Of a stretch of DNA of 45,725 nt, positions 1 through 8,693 are shown piece by piece. The DNA comes from Citrobacter phage HCF1. Each line of letters starts with the position of its first letter. Position 1 is the stretch's first letter. The notes under the pieces are model-generated. The model was given only the letters and a program-made list of their open reading frames with translations, had not been told where the DNA came from and ran no database searches. Where the stretch lies: sequence record MN545971.1. One strand, written 5' to 3'. The position numbers were made by a program, and so were the translations under genes.

Positions 1-17
1 ACAGGTGAAGCAGCAGG

Positions 18-66
18 AATAGCACTTTTGTTAAAACTCGATCGGTGGGTGTTGGCATAATACACC
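18..66 (+). promoter_or_regulatory. Conserved phage promoter-like element E1 (AATAGCACTTTTGTTAAAA, 22 nt, CATAAT)
   Basis: TTGTTA at 28-33, CATAAT at 56-61; GGGTGT/ACACCC inverted repeat brackets the -10. Followed by ATG at 91. Confidence 0.55.
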
Positions 67-271
67 CATCGAAAAGAAACGAGAAAGCAAAATGGTCACT
101 CTGATTACTTGGGAACACGAAAACAGCCATCCGGAAATGCGTGAATTTGAAACGGTAGCGGCTTGCTACAACGGCTGCTAACGGCGGTTTCTACAAAGCG
201 CAAATTGTTGATGAAAGCGGGGTTATTGAGCATGAGTTTAAAAGTTAATACAGGTTACATGAGCCGTTACA

Positions 272-583
272 GTGGGCGAGAGTTCAAATGGGACGGCGAA
301 CAGGTCTGGACTCGACTACGGCGATATCTGGCGGCTGGCGGCTGGTTGGCCTCAACCGCAGTTTATGACGCTTAAGACCATTCATGAGGATAATGCTGGT
401 GACACTATGGTTATTTATATCGGCAGAAGTGACGCAGTGTTTATCGACGGCAAATTTAACAATCTATCACCTGAATTTGGGCGCACCGCACGGCGTGGCA
501 TCTTTGACGCAAAGACCGCTCGCGAGATCGCAAATAGGCTAAATGACACGGCTGATGCAATGGAAAATAGCACTAATAGCTAA
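272..583 (+). CDS. hypothetical phage protein (5' end probably disrupted by an indel)
   Basis: ORF; N-terminal region looks out of frame with 163..375. Confidence 0.4.
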   Translation: MGESSNGTANRSGLDYGDIWRLAAGWPQPQFMTLKTIHEDNAGDTMVIYIGRSDAVFIDGKFNNLSPEFGRTARRGIFDAKTAREIANRLNDTADAMENSTNS

Positions 584-616
584 AACACTCTTTCGTGGTT
601 GCGATATAGTAACCAC
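566..616 (+). promoter_or_regulatory. Conserved promoter-like element E2
   Basis: AATAGCACTAATAGCTAAAA, 22 nt, TATAGT (605-610); GTGGTT/AACCAC inverted repeat around the -10; ATG at 641. Confidence 0.55.
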
Positions 617-640
617 ACACCAAACAACGAGGACAACAAA

Positions 641-982
641 ATGATGAAAGCACACGATTTACCGCGTAACTCAGTAGTCGCAGTATGCTATAGAACTGGC
701 GCTGTTTCCGCATTCCTGTACGTCAATAGTCGCGATCAGAAAGCACACGATTTACCGCGTAACTCAGTAGTCGCAGTATGCTATAGAACTGGCGCTGTTT
801 CCGCATTCCTGTACGTCAATAGTCGCGATCAGATCAGTCCTTTCTGGTACAGTGGGCGCTCGCCATACAAGCTGGAGACTTTCGGTGAATTAAACAAGCT
901 TTTGACGAGGAACACGGCAATCATGAGCATTGGCGGAACGGTCTTGATTTTCACAATGTGCGCATGGTTCAGGGGCATGTGA
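641..982 (+). CDS. hypothetical protein containing an exact 31-codon duplication
   Basis: ORF downstream of E2 with AGGACAACAAAATG context. Confidence 0.4.
   Translation: MMKAHDLPRNSVVAVCYRTGAVSAFLYVNSRDQKAHDLPRNSVVAVCYRTGAVSAFLYVNSRDQISPFWYSGRSPYKLETFGELNKLLTRNTAIMSIGGTVLIFTMCAWFRGM
647..832 (+). repeat. 2 x 93 bp exact direct repeat (31 codons)
   Basis: AAAGCACACGATTTACCGCG... starts at 647 and 740. Confidence 0.9.
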
Positions 983-1047
983 CTAGCGCCGAAAAAGTCG
1001 ATTTTAAACGCTGCAAAAGTTTGCTAAGAAGAACTAAGGAGAACGAC

Positions 1048-1296
1048 ATGAAAATCATTTGCAAAGGCTCAAACTACCCGCAATTTTTCACTGCTGGAAA
1101 ATCGTATGATGTGATTTCAAAGCACGGCGAAGATATCACGTGCGTGGATCACGAACACTTAAGGCTTTGCGGTCTGCCAACGAAAGTTCAAGAAGGCTCT
1201 TACGAACTTAAAAATAATGCTGGCCTTGTCTCATACATCAACACAAAAACCCTTGTCAGTTTGGAGAGTGGGAGGTTGTGCAATGATCAAATTTAG
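1048..1296 (+). CDS. hypothetical protein
   Basis: ATG preceded by AAGGAG; intact 82-codon ORF MKIICKGSNYPQFFTAGKSYDV... Confidence 0.55.
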   Translation: MKIICKGSNYPQFFTAGKSYDVISKHGEDITCVDHEHLRLCGLPTKVQEGSYELKNNAGLVSYINTKTLVSLESGRLCNDQI

Positions 1297-1443
1297 ATAC
1301 CTGATTTGCACCGCAACGCGCACAGAAGTCGCAAGGGCGTTAACTGGCTTGGGTGAGCATGGTCACATTGTGACAGTTGTCAAACGCAAGAGCGGAGCGC
1401 ACGGAAGTGTCAAGATCGGGATGAAAACACAAAGCCATTCCTG

Positions 1444-1905
1444 ATGCACAAGGAAGGTCGCCGGAAGTATGCAGCCGCGCCGGATGATTGCATCTACACT
1501 GACTTCCAGCCGCGTAAGAAGATGATTAACGCGTATGAAAAGCTGGCGTTGCGTTACTGGTGCAACAGTCGCAAGAAGGCGCGAGCCGGCGCGGGATATG
1601 TAGATCAGTGTTATTTCTGGAAGGATCACAAGGAAGGTCGCCGGAAGTATGCAGCCGCGCCGGATGATTGCATCTACACTGACTTCCAGCCGCGTAAGAA
1701 GATGATTAACGCGTATGAAAAGCTGGCGTTGCGTTACTGGTGCAACAGTCGCAAGAAGGCGCGAGCCGGCGCGGGATATGTAGATCAGTGTTATTTCTGG
1801 AAGGATGGGAAGATGAGTAATGAATTAGAGTTACTCATTGCTGATTGGTATCCTGACTTTGAAGGAAGCCGGCGGATTTTGATGAACTCGCATACCAAGA
1901 TTTAA
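1444..1905 (+). CDS. hypothetical protein with 60-codon exact duplication
   Basis: ORF contains HKEGRRKYAAAPDDCIYTDFQPRKKMINAYEKLALRYW twice. Confidence 0.45.
   Translation: MHKEGRRKYAAAPDDCIYTDFQPRKKMINAYEKLALRYWCNSRKKARAGAGYVDQCYFWKDHKEGRRKYAAAPDDCIYTDFQPRKKMINAYEKLALRYWCNSRKKARAGAGYVDQCYFWKDGKMSNELELLIADWYPDFEGSRRILMNSHTKI
1447..1806 (+). repeat. 2 x 180 bp exact direct repeat
   Basis: CACAAGGAAGGTCGCCGG at 1447 and 1627. Confidence 0.9.
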
Positions 1906-1918
1906 GCAACTGGTAAAC

Positions 1919-1959
1919 CGCACGAATTGCTAAAACAATGCCCCGCACGGGGCATAATG
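1919..1959 (+). promoter_or_regulatory. Conserved promoter-like element E3 with GC hairpin in spacer
   Basis: GCACGAATTGCTAAAACAATGCCCCGCACGGGGCATAAT; TGCCCC/GGGGCA stem directly abuts the -10. Confidence 0.5.
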
Positions 1960-1988
1960 AATCAACGAAACAAACGAGGAAATAAAAA

Positions 1989-2484
1989 TGCTGAACATCA
2001 ACGAAATCAAATTCCTATCGAGTTTAACGTTAATTCTATTGGCAAAGTGAGATTCGAAAATCCTGACAAGGGAATATGGATCGGATCAGGCTCAGAGACT
2101 TCTTTTAAGCTTAAGTATTTTGTAGAAAAACATAACTTCTTGAACAAGAACAACGACAAAAACAAAGACTTTTATTACATTGATGCGTCAACAGTGTCAG
2201 ATATTCTGCGCACAGCGGATATTATGAAAATGCTTCAAAGTGACAACTTTAATCCTAGCGGCTGGAAAATTAGCAGTCTTGGAAAACCGTTCACAACCGA
2301 AGCATTTGAGACGATATCCAAGATCGAAGATATGCCAATTGGCGCAAAACTAATCGCAATCCAGAACGAAGGCGAATGGCATGATTTCAGATTCACCACT
2401 AAGCGGATCGAGATTAACGACGATGTTGTTTGTTTGCTCGCACATTTCGGAAATGGTAAAACAATCCGTTTGCTGGCGAAATGA
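1989..2484 (+). CDS. hypothetical protein (5' frameshift)
   Basis: MLNINEIKF... starts at 1989 in a different frame from the long ORF ...PIEFNVNSIGKVRFENPDKG...; a single indel would join them. Confidence 0.5.
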
Positions 2485-2514
2485 ACATTAAGCGCGGTAC
2501 GATGGTTCGATACA

Positions 2515-2566
2515 AATAGCACGAATTGCTAAACCTTCCGCAAGGGCATTTGTTATAGTGCCCTTA
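2515..2566 (+). promoter_or_regulatory. Conserved promoter-like element E4
   Basis: AATAGCACGAATTGCTAAA, TATAGT at 2554-2559; GGGCA/TGCCC bracket the -10; ATG at 2598. Confidence 0.6.
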
Positions 2567-2597
2567 TTGAAGCTAGGCAACCAATCAGGAGAACGAA

Positions 2598-2909
2598 ATG
2601 AAACTCAAAGCAGAAGCATTCAAAGCAAAAGACGCTATCGACGGCAATGATTCATTTTTCATTATCTACTCTATCGATGGTGATGATGTGAGTTATAACT
2701 GCTTACCAGTAGATGAATGTGATATTGAAACTATGATCCAACAATCAAAAGATGGTGATTGTGTCCGCTGGACTGACTTCCCAAACTCACCGCGCCGCGC
2801 CGATATGGTTGAGCCTGAATTAATCGAAACTTTTATCTGGACGTTGAATGATGGAAAAGGTAAGAATTTTAGACAGCGATTATATTACATTCGATCCGGC
2901 AATCGGTGA
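2598..2909 (+). CDS. hypothetical protein
   Basis: AGGAGAACGAAATG start context, downstream of E4. Confidence 0.6.
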   Translation: MKLKAEAFKAKDAIDGNDSFFIIYSIDGDDVSYNCLPVDECDIETMIQQSKDGDCVRWTDFPNSPRRADMVEPELIETFIWTLNDGKGKNFRQRLYYIRSGNR

Positions 2910-2993
2910 GATTGTAAACGCAAGGCGCGATGGGTCGGGTTGGGCTATTTGCGTTAGTGAGTCATTTAAGTTTTGCGAATCTAACGCTAGAGT

Positions 2994-3238
2994 GTTGGCG
3001 TGGTGATGAGGATACAGAGTTATTCTTTGCATCACATGAAATTGAAGTTATTGAATCGCCGTTCGCATACTGGAACGCATTGAAATCATCACGCGACGTT
3101 GGAGAGTTTGCGCATGTTGGCGTGGTGATGAGGATACAGAGTTATTCTTTGCATCACATGAAATTGAAGTTATTGAATCGCCGTTCGCATACTGGAACGC
3201 ATTGAAATCATCACGCGACGTTGGAGAGTTTGCGCATG
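2994..3238 (+). repeat. 2 x ~122 bp exact direct repeat (not frame preserving)
   Basis: GTTGGCGTGGTGATGAGG at 2994 and 3116. Confidence 0.85.
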
Positions 3239-3766
3239 TTTGAATTTGAAGTGTGGGATCGCAAATACTCACTTAACGCCCCGAAAGGGGTGGTTATTGT
3301 GGACTATGACGGAACGTTAAGTGATGGAACGCACAGGCTTAACCTGTTGCCAACTGTTGACTTGCACCTTACTGAATCATGGAGTGAGTTTAATCGCGCC
3401 GCAGTGAAAGATACGCCATTCAGTAGCACGATAGCGGTGGTTAACTCGCTATGGGTTGCGGGTCACGCAATCATTATCCTAACAGGTCGTAGCGATGAGG
3501 TTGAGGGTGAATCATACGCACGGTTGCATAAACACGGCGTTAAATTTGACTTCATGATCATGCGCCGAGCAAGTGACAACCGAAAGGACACGGTGATTAA
3601 AGAGGAAGTGTTACGCGCTATCGGCACGGATAATATTGTGTGCGCCTTTGATGATTCGCCAAATGTGATCCGCCACTTTCGCAACACGGGGATCACAACT
3701 TACGCGGTCACTGAGTACGATAAGCCGCATTCACACTTACAGATTCACGGAGTTGATGAGTTATGA
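3236..3766 (+). CDS. HAD-superfamily phosphatase-like protein
   Basis: VVIVDYDGTLSDGTHR (motif I DxDGT), ILTGRSD (motif II), CAFDDSPNVI (motif IV-like). Confidence 0.75.
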   Translation: MFEFEVWDRKYSLNAPKGVVIVDYDGTLSDGTHRLNLLPTVDLHLTESWSEFNRAAVKDTPFSSTIAVVNSLWVAGHAIIILTGRSDEVEGESYARLHKHGVKFDFMIMRRASDNRKDTVIKEEVLRAIGTDNIVCAFDDSPNVIRHFRNTGITTYAVTEYDKPHSHLQIHGVDEL

Positions 3767-3933
3767 AACTTTTATGCACTGGAGAATATCCGGGCTTTAC
3801 GCACGGTGAAATGTACACTGCGACAGTTGGATTTGATCAAACATTTGGTTATAAGTGTTACGTTGTGAAAGACGACGATGGAGATTCTAGAAGCATCGAT
3901 TTCGAAACGGAAGATTTTATTGAAGATAAATAT

Positions 3934-3978
3934 TTATAGCACTTTTGCTAAAACAAAGCCCCAGCAATGGGGCATACT
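3934..3978 (+). promoter_or_regulatory. Conserved promoter-like element E5 with terminator-like hairpin in spacer
   Basis: TAGCACTTTTGCTAAAACAAAGCCCCAGCAATGGGGCATACT. Confidence 0.55.
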
Positions 3979-4475
3979 TAATGCAACGAAACAACAAGGA
4001 GATAGCAATGAAGGTTTTTATTACAGTTTTGCGTCACTTAGTGCTTATTACATTGTTGACGATGGCGGGTTGGTGATGGTTTCCAAAACCCCATTCATCA
4101 CTAAAACTCACAGCGTAGAGCGGTTAGTGAAAAGGAGGTTTTAGCGCTGGCTGACGCTGGTCACTTTGCACCGCATAACTTAAAGGCGGCTGTTGCGTTG
4201 AAAGAGTATCGCGATACAAATCGCAAAAGCGAGACATCAGCCTTACTATTCTTGGGCTTGGCGTAGCGGTGATGGTGTTATCAATTCTTAACGGGTGGTG
4301 GTTATGATGCTGGATAACAAAGCAGAAACTGAGAAAACAATCACATACATGCGTACTATTGCTAATATGCTTGAGAGCGGAGAATATTACCTTTCTGATT
4401 TAAGCATTAGATGTGAAAACATCAATTGGAATATTGAGAGAAAGAAATCAACATTCAATTACTAAAGGCAACTAA

Positions 4476-5246
4476 AAATGGCTAAAATTATTCTACTCAA
4501 CGCCCCGAAAGGGGCTGGAAAAACACCATAGCAAACGCAATTTGCGAGCGCATTGATTACCCGCGAAAAGCAAGCTTTAAAGCGCCATGTTTCAGATTGC
4601 GCTTGCTATCACGGGACAAGAAAGTATTGCATGCAGAGAGCAGAAGGAAAAAGCACACGATTTCCTGATGGGTATGACTTGCCGAGAGTTCATGATCTGG
4701 ATTAGCGAGGATGTGATTAAACCGAAGTTTGGGGAAAAGTATTTCGGCAGGCGTCTTTCAGACACGGCTTCAAACTCTGATTATCCAGTTATCGTTTCAG
4801 ATTGCGGATTTGAGCAAGAAGTTATCGCGCTTTCATTGATGCTTACAGTAACAGAGAGCAGAAGGAAAAAGCACACGATTTCCGGTATGACTTGCCGAGA
4901 GTTCATGATCTGGATTAGCGAGGATGTGATTAAACCGAAGTTTGGGGAAAAGTATTTCGGCAGGCGTCTTTCAGACACGGCTTCAAACTCTGATTATCCA
5001 GTTATCGTTTCAGATTGCGGATTTGAGCAAGAAGTTATCGCGCTGATTGAAGGCGGTCATGAGGTGAAGTTGGTTCGTATGAATCGCCGGGGATTTGAGT
5101 TCGACGAAACAGACAGCCGCAACTACGTTTATTTGCCAGTATGTTATTACGGCGAAAACGGATATGAAGAAGTAGACGTTGATTTGTTCGATGGCGATCC
5201 GGTTTATACAGCTTATGAGCTCATTCGCAAATTCAAACTTAAATAG
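4476..5246 (+). CDS. deoxynucleoside monophosphate kinase-like P-loop protein (frameshifted, internally duplicated)
   Basis: MAKIILLNAPKGAGKTT-like Walker A (one-base break near 4520-4530), REKQALKRHVFQIALAI, FMIWISEDVIKPKFG, VIVSDCGFEQEV; 3' half also encodes VKLVRMNRRGFEF. Confidence 0.6.
4636..5054 (+). repeat. imperfect direct repeat (offset 218 then 213 bp, second copy lacks 5 bp)
   Basis: TTTCCTGATGGGTATGACTT vs TTTCCGGTATGACTT, otherwise identical. Confidence 0.85.
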
Positions 5247-5293
5247 CACGAATTGATAAAACTTGCTAAGAGGCATTTGATATAGTGCCTCTT
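5242..5293 (+). promoter_or_regulatory. Conserved promoter-like element E6
   Basis: AATAGCACGAATTGATAAAA, TATAGT at 5281-5286; AGAGGCA/TGCCTCT bracket the -10. Confidence 0.6.
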
Positions 5294-5394
5294 GTCGAGT
5301 AACCAATCAGGAAGACAAACAAGCATCACCTTTATGAGTAAACACGGTAGACGCGCAGAAAACAGCAGCAGAGGCGGAAGGTCTTGCAAAGACT

Positions 5395-6012
5395 ATGGCG
5401 GAGCGAAAAAGGGTTCGTGACAACGTGGCATCAGCTATCAACAATGCAACATGGATCGGAAGCATTACCGCATCGCCAGATCCGAATGTTGAAGTGCTGG
5501 AGAAGTTGCGCGAGGTGTTGCGAGTTCCGGAAGGAGAGAATATTGTGACACACGCTAAAGTAATTCGTGCGCTGGCTGATGCTCTGATTGGTTTGCAGAA
5601 AGCGGAGCGAAAAAGGGTTCGTGACAACGTGGCATCAGCTATCAACAATGCAACATGGATCGGAAGCATTACCGCATCGCCAGATCCGAATGTTGAAGTG
5701 CTGGAGAAGTTGCGCGAGGTGTTGCGAGTTCCGGAAGGAGAGAATATTGTGACACACGCTAAAGTAATTCGTGCGCTGGCTGATGCTCTGATTGGTTTGC
5801 AGAAAGCGGAGCGAAAAAGGGTTCGTGACAACGTGGCATCAGCTATCAACAATGCAACATGGATCGGAAGCATTACCGCATCGCCAGATCCGAATGTTGA
5901 AGTGCTGGAGAAGTTGCGCGAGGTGTTGCGAGTTCCGGAAGGAGAGAATATTGTGACACACGCTAAAGTAATTCGTGCGCTGGCTGATGCTCTGATTGGT
6001 TTGCAGAAATAG
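5395..6012 (+). CDS. small hypothetical protein (68-aa unit) present as an exact in-frame triplication
   Basis: AERKRVRDNVASAINNATWIGSITASPDPNVEVLEKLREVLRVPEGENIVTHAKVIRALADALIGLQK x3. Confidence 0.5.
   Translation: MAERKRVRDNVASAINNATWIGSITASPDPNVEVLEKLREVLRVPEGENIVTHAKVIRALADALIGLQKAERKRVRDNVASAINNATWIGSITASPDPNVEVLEKLREVLRVPEGENIVTHAKVIRALADALIGLQKAERKRVRDNVASAINNATWIGSITASPDPNVEVLEKLREVLRVPEGENIVTHAKVIRALADALIGLQK
5398..6009 (+). repeat. 3 x 204 bp exact tandem repeat
   Basis: GCGGAGCGAAAAAGGG at 5398, 5602, 5806. Confidence 0.9.
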
Positions 6013-6052
6013 CACTTTTGTTAAAAGCCGGAACACGTTTCCGGCTATTATC
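6009..6052 (+). promoter_or_regulatory. Conserved promoter-like element E7
   Basis: AATAGCACTTTTGTTAAAAGCCGGAACACGTTTCCGGCTATTAT; stem in spacer. Confidence 0.55.
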
Positions 6053-6079
6053 TTCTCAACGACAACGAAGGAGATAAAC

Positions 6080-6292
6080 GTGAAAATCCGTATCACAAAA
6101 GTAGACAACCGCGAAGAAGAAACCGATCTTACTCTTGCCGAATGTGGTTTTAAGGTTGGCGACGTTGTAGAGGTTGAAGGTAAATTCCGCGATGGTTCAT
6201 TGCTTATCATCGCACCGGGCAATAAGGAATTCGGGATTGAGTTCGGCGACAACGTAAGTATTAACGAAGGTGAATTTGAGGTGGTAGAATGA
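6080..6292 (+). CDS. hypothetical protein
   Basis: GTG start after AAGGAGATAAAC, downstream of E7. Confidence 0.6.
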   Translation: MKIRITKVDNREEETDLTLAECGFKVGDVVEVEGKFRDGSLLIIAPGNKEFGIEFGDNVSINEGEFEVVE

Positions 6293-6660
6293 ACCTGTCA
6301 GACAAGCAAGCCAAATCACTTCTTGATAGTCTTGGGTGGCGCTGGTGTGATGATCCAGCGCATCACGATAATGTAACAATTGAAAGCACTGTTGCTGACG
6401 AACTATTTAAACAGCGAGCAACAGTTATCACCACGATCAACAGCCCCAGCAGAGTTAGCTGTTTGGCGATTACAATCAACCTGTCAGACAAGCAAGCCAA
6501 ATCACTTCTTGATAGTCTTGGGTGGCGCTGGTGTGATGATCCAGCGCATCACGATAATGTAACAATTGAAAGCACTGTTGCTGACGAACTATTTAAACAG
6601 CGAGCAACAGTTATCACCACGATCAACAGCCCCAGCAGAGTTAGCTGTTTGGCGTCATGA
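6289..6660 (+). CDS. hypothetical protein with 62-codon duplication
   Basis: ATG overlaps previous stop (ATGA); LSDKQAKSLLDSLGWRWCDDPAHHDN... twice. Confidence 0.5.
   Translation: MNLSDKQAKSLLDSLGWRWCDDPAHHDNVTIESTVADELFKQRATVITTINSPSRVSCLAITINLSDKQAKSLLDSLGWRWCDDPAHHDNVTIESTVADELFKQRATVITTINSPSRVSCLAS
6292..6655 (+). repeat. 2-copy 186 bp direct repeat
   Basis: AACCTGTCAGACAAGC at 6292 and 6478. Confidence 0.9.
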
Positions 6661-7015
6661 GCAGGGGCTAACTGAAATGGATGTTGAGAAGTGGAAACGC
6701 AAAAACGAGACTGTTTGCGATGCATTTGGTTCATACGTAAATTCTGTTGCTGATATGGTAAAACAAAATACAACGTTTAAGGTGTTATTAGATGTTGAGA
6801 AGTGGAAACGCAAAAACGAGACTGTTTGCGATGCATTTGGTTCATACGTAAATTCTGTTGCTGATATGGTAAAACAAAATACAACGTTTAAGGTGTTATT
6901 AGATGTTGAGAAGTGGAAACGCAAAAACGAGACTGTTTGCGATGCATTTGGTTCATACGTAAATTCTGTTGCTGATATGGTAAAACAAAATACAACGTTT
7001 AAGGTGTTATTATGA
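6566..7015 (+). CDS. hypothetical protein with 37-aa unit in triplicate
   Basis: DVEKWKRKNETVCDAFGSYVNSVADMVKQNTTFKVLL x3. Confidence 0.4.
   Translation: MKALLLTNYLNSEQQLSPRSTAPAELAVWRHEQGLTEMDVEKWKRKNETVCDAFGSYVNSVADMVKQNTTFKVLLDVEKWKRKNETVCDAFGSYVNSVADMVKQNTTFKVLLDVEKWKRKNETVCDAFGSYVNSVADMVKQNTTFKVLL
6680..7012 (+). repeat. 3 x 111 bp exact tandem repeat
   Basis: GATGTTGAGAAGTGG at 6680, 6791, 6902. Confidence 0.9.
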
Positions 7016-7551
7016 TTTACATTCACACATACGGGATCGGAAAGTTTGCAAGCAAGGAAATGCGAGCAATTCACGACACGTTGGAAGAAGCGCAAGCGAA
7101 GCAGCGCGTTTTGGGTGGTGTGATTCAGACTTTTGAACCAGTTGAAGATCTGGAACTGAATGAAGCCATAAAAGAAATCGTTGTTGATGAGGTCGCTTGT
7201 ATAATCGACGAATTGAGCACTGATGCGCCGAGGTTCGCTAGAACGTTTGAACCGGATCAACAGAATGGGATTGTTGGAAGGATTTACATTCACACATACG
7301 GGATCGGAAAGTTTGCAAGCAAGGAAATGCGAGCAATTCACGACACGTTGGAAGAAGCGCAAGCGAAGCAGCGCGTTTTGGGTGGTGTGATTCAGACTTT
7401 TGAACCAGTTGAAGATCTGGAACTGAATGAAGCCATAAAAGAAATCGTTGTTGATGAGGTCGCTTGTATAATCGACGAATTGAGCACTGATGCGCCGAGG
7501 TTCGCTAGAACGTTTGAACCGGATCAACAGAATGGGATTGTTGGAAGGTGA
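7012..7551 (+). CDS. hypothetical protein with 89-codon duplication
   Basis: IYIHTYGIGKFASKEMRAIHDTLEEAQAKQRVLGGV... twice. Confidence 0.5.
   Translation: MIYIHTYGIGKFASKEMRAIHDTLEEAQAKQRVLGGVIQTFEPVEDLELNEAIKEIVVDEVACIIDELSTDAPRFARTFEPDQQNGIVGRIYIHTYGIGKFASKEMRAIHDTLEEAQAKQRVLGGVIQTFEPVEDLELNEAIKEIVVDEVACIIDELSTDAPRFARTFEPDQQNGIVGR
7014..7547 (+). repeat. 2 x 267 bp exact direct repeat
   Basis: GATTTACATTCACACATACGGG at 7014 and 7281. Confidence 0.9.
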
Positions 7552-7663
7552 AAACATTAAACAACATTCGCGCAATCCTTGATGGAAAATTTAACGAAAA
7601 CGTATAGTGTTTAAAGCGCCTCAAACGCATTCTAATAGGCGCAATTTTAAGGAGGTTTATTGT

Positions 7664-7807
7664 ATGGATGAATGCGAAAAACCGTCTCAGTGGTGCGCAC
7701 GAAAGCAAGAGGAAGCGTTAGAGCGTGGTGACACGGAAACGGCTATTCATTATTTTGAGTTAAACCAGTTATGGAAGCGTAGAGAGGATCAGAAATGTTC
7801 GGGTTAA
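7664..7807 (+). CDS. small hypothetical protein
   Basis: ATG preceded by AAGGAGGTTTATTGT. Confidence 0.6.
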   Translation: MDECEKPSQWCARKQEEALERGDTETAIHYFELNQLWKRREDQKCSG

Positions 7808-8022
7808 GCGAAGCACAATACAACGTAGTCAAGCAAGCTGCAAGAAAGTGCGCCGATGAGGTGAGAGAGGAAATCAAGCGCGGCGGTAAATATGATCAGG
7901 TTGCCACTGGCATAATCACTAAACATCACACGCCGATCGCAACAATCATCACTCGATTGCGCTTTATCTGGCTCGTTGGATACCTTGAAGGGCGCTACGG
8001 TCAACAAGGCGAGTACGAATAG
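7795..8022 (+). CDS. small hypothetical protein
   Basis: ATG overlaps end of previous ORF. Confidence 0.5.
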   Translation: MFGLSEAQYNVVKQAARKCADEVREEIKRGGKYDQVATGIITKHHTPIATIITRLRFIWLVGYLEGRYGQQGEYE

Positions 8023-8205
8023 TAACCGATTGAACTGGCAAGAATTGACGGCGTTTATCCTGATTGGTAGGATGTAAGCCGTAAACGTAAGAGGCTCAAG
8101 AGCAACGCGCAGCGCGATAGCTGCATAATGTAGTCGCCTAAATCGGCTGTTAAAGACAACAGCGCCGGATTCCGTAACCGTGGCGTGACCATTCAGGAGA
8201 ACGAA

Positions 8206-8385
8206 ATGAAGTGGCGCGTTAACTTAACGATTCGCCGAATGGGTAGAAGTTGCGGATCGTGCAAACAAGAATTTGAAACAGTTGTTACGGCATGTAGTGC
8301 TGAAATGGCTGTAAGGCTTGCGAAGGATTATTCCGGCGCAGACCGGAAACACATAAATTTTCTATCAACCGTTTGGAGTGTTTAA
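8206..8385 (+). CDS. small hypothetical protein with CxxC
   Basis: AGGAGAACGAAATG; MKWRVNLTIRRMGRSCGSCKQEFETVV... Confidence 0.5.
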   Translation: MKWRVNLTIRRMGRSCGSCKQEFETVVTACSAEMAVRLAKDYSGADRKHINFLSTVWSV

Positions 8386-8386
8386 A

Positions 8387-8692
8387 ATGATTGCATTTAT
8401 TGGCGGGTTTGTTGTTTGTGGCATTATCGCATTTGTTCTTTACTTAGTTATCTGCAAAGGAATCACTGAGTGTGTTAAGGATAACGAAATGACTTTTGCG
8501 GTGTACAATAACAAAGAGGACACACGGGAAATCCCGCGAAACTTTGATCACGTTGTGAAAATCATTGAGACACGTCGAAAGTTTGGTAAGCTGGTGCAAT
8601 CAAATACATCGACTGATACACTAACCCGCTACGGCGGGTTTTTATTGTCTGCGATTTGCTATAATCCTCCACACGGAAACAGGAGGGATTAA
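8387..8692 (+). CDS. small membrane protein (single N-terminal TM helix)
   Basis: MIAFIGGFVVCGIIAFVLYLVICKG; C-terminal reading frame beyond ~8600 is probably spurious. Confidence 0.45.
   Translation: MIAFIGGFVVCGIIAFVLYLVICKGITECVKDNEMTFAVYNNKEDTREIPRNFDHVVKIIETRRKFGKLVQSNTSTDTLTRYGGFLLSAICYNPPHGNRRD
8625..8645 (+). terminator. Rho-independent terminator
   Basis: AACCCGCTACGGCGGGTTTTTATT. Confidence 0.7.
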
Positions 8693-8693
8693 C

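Noticed and set aside
8023-8205. Possible tRNA
   Set aside because: No cloverleaf, T-loop (GTTCRA) or acceptor pairing found by eye.
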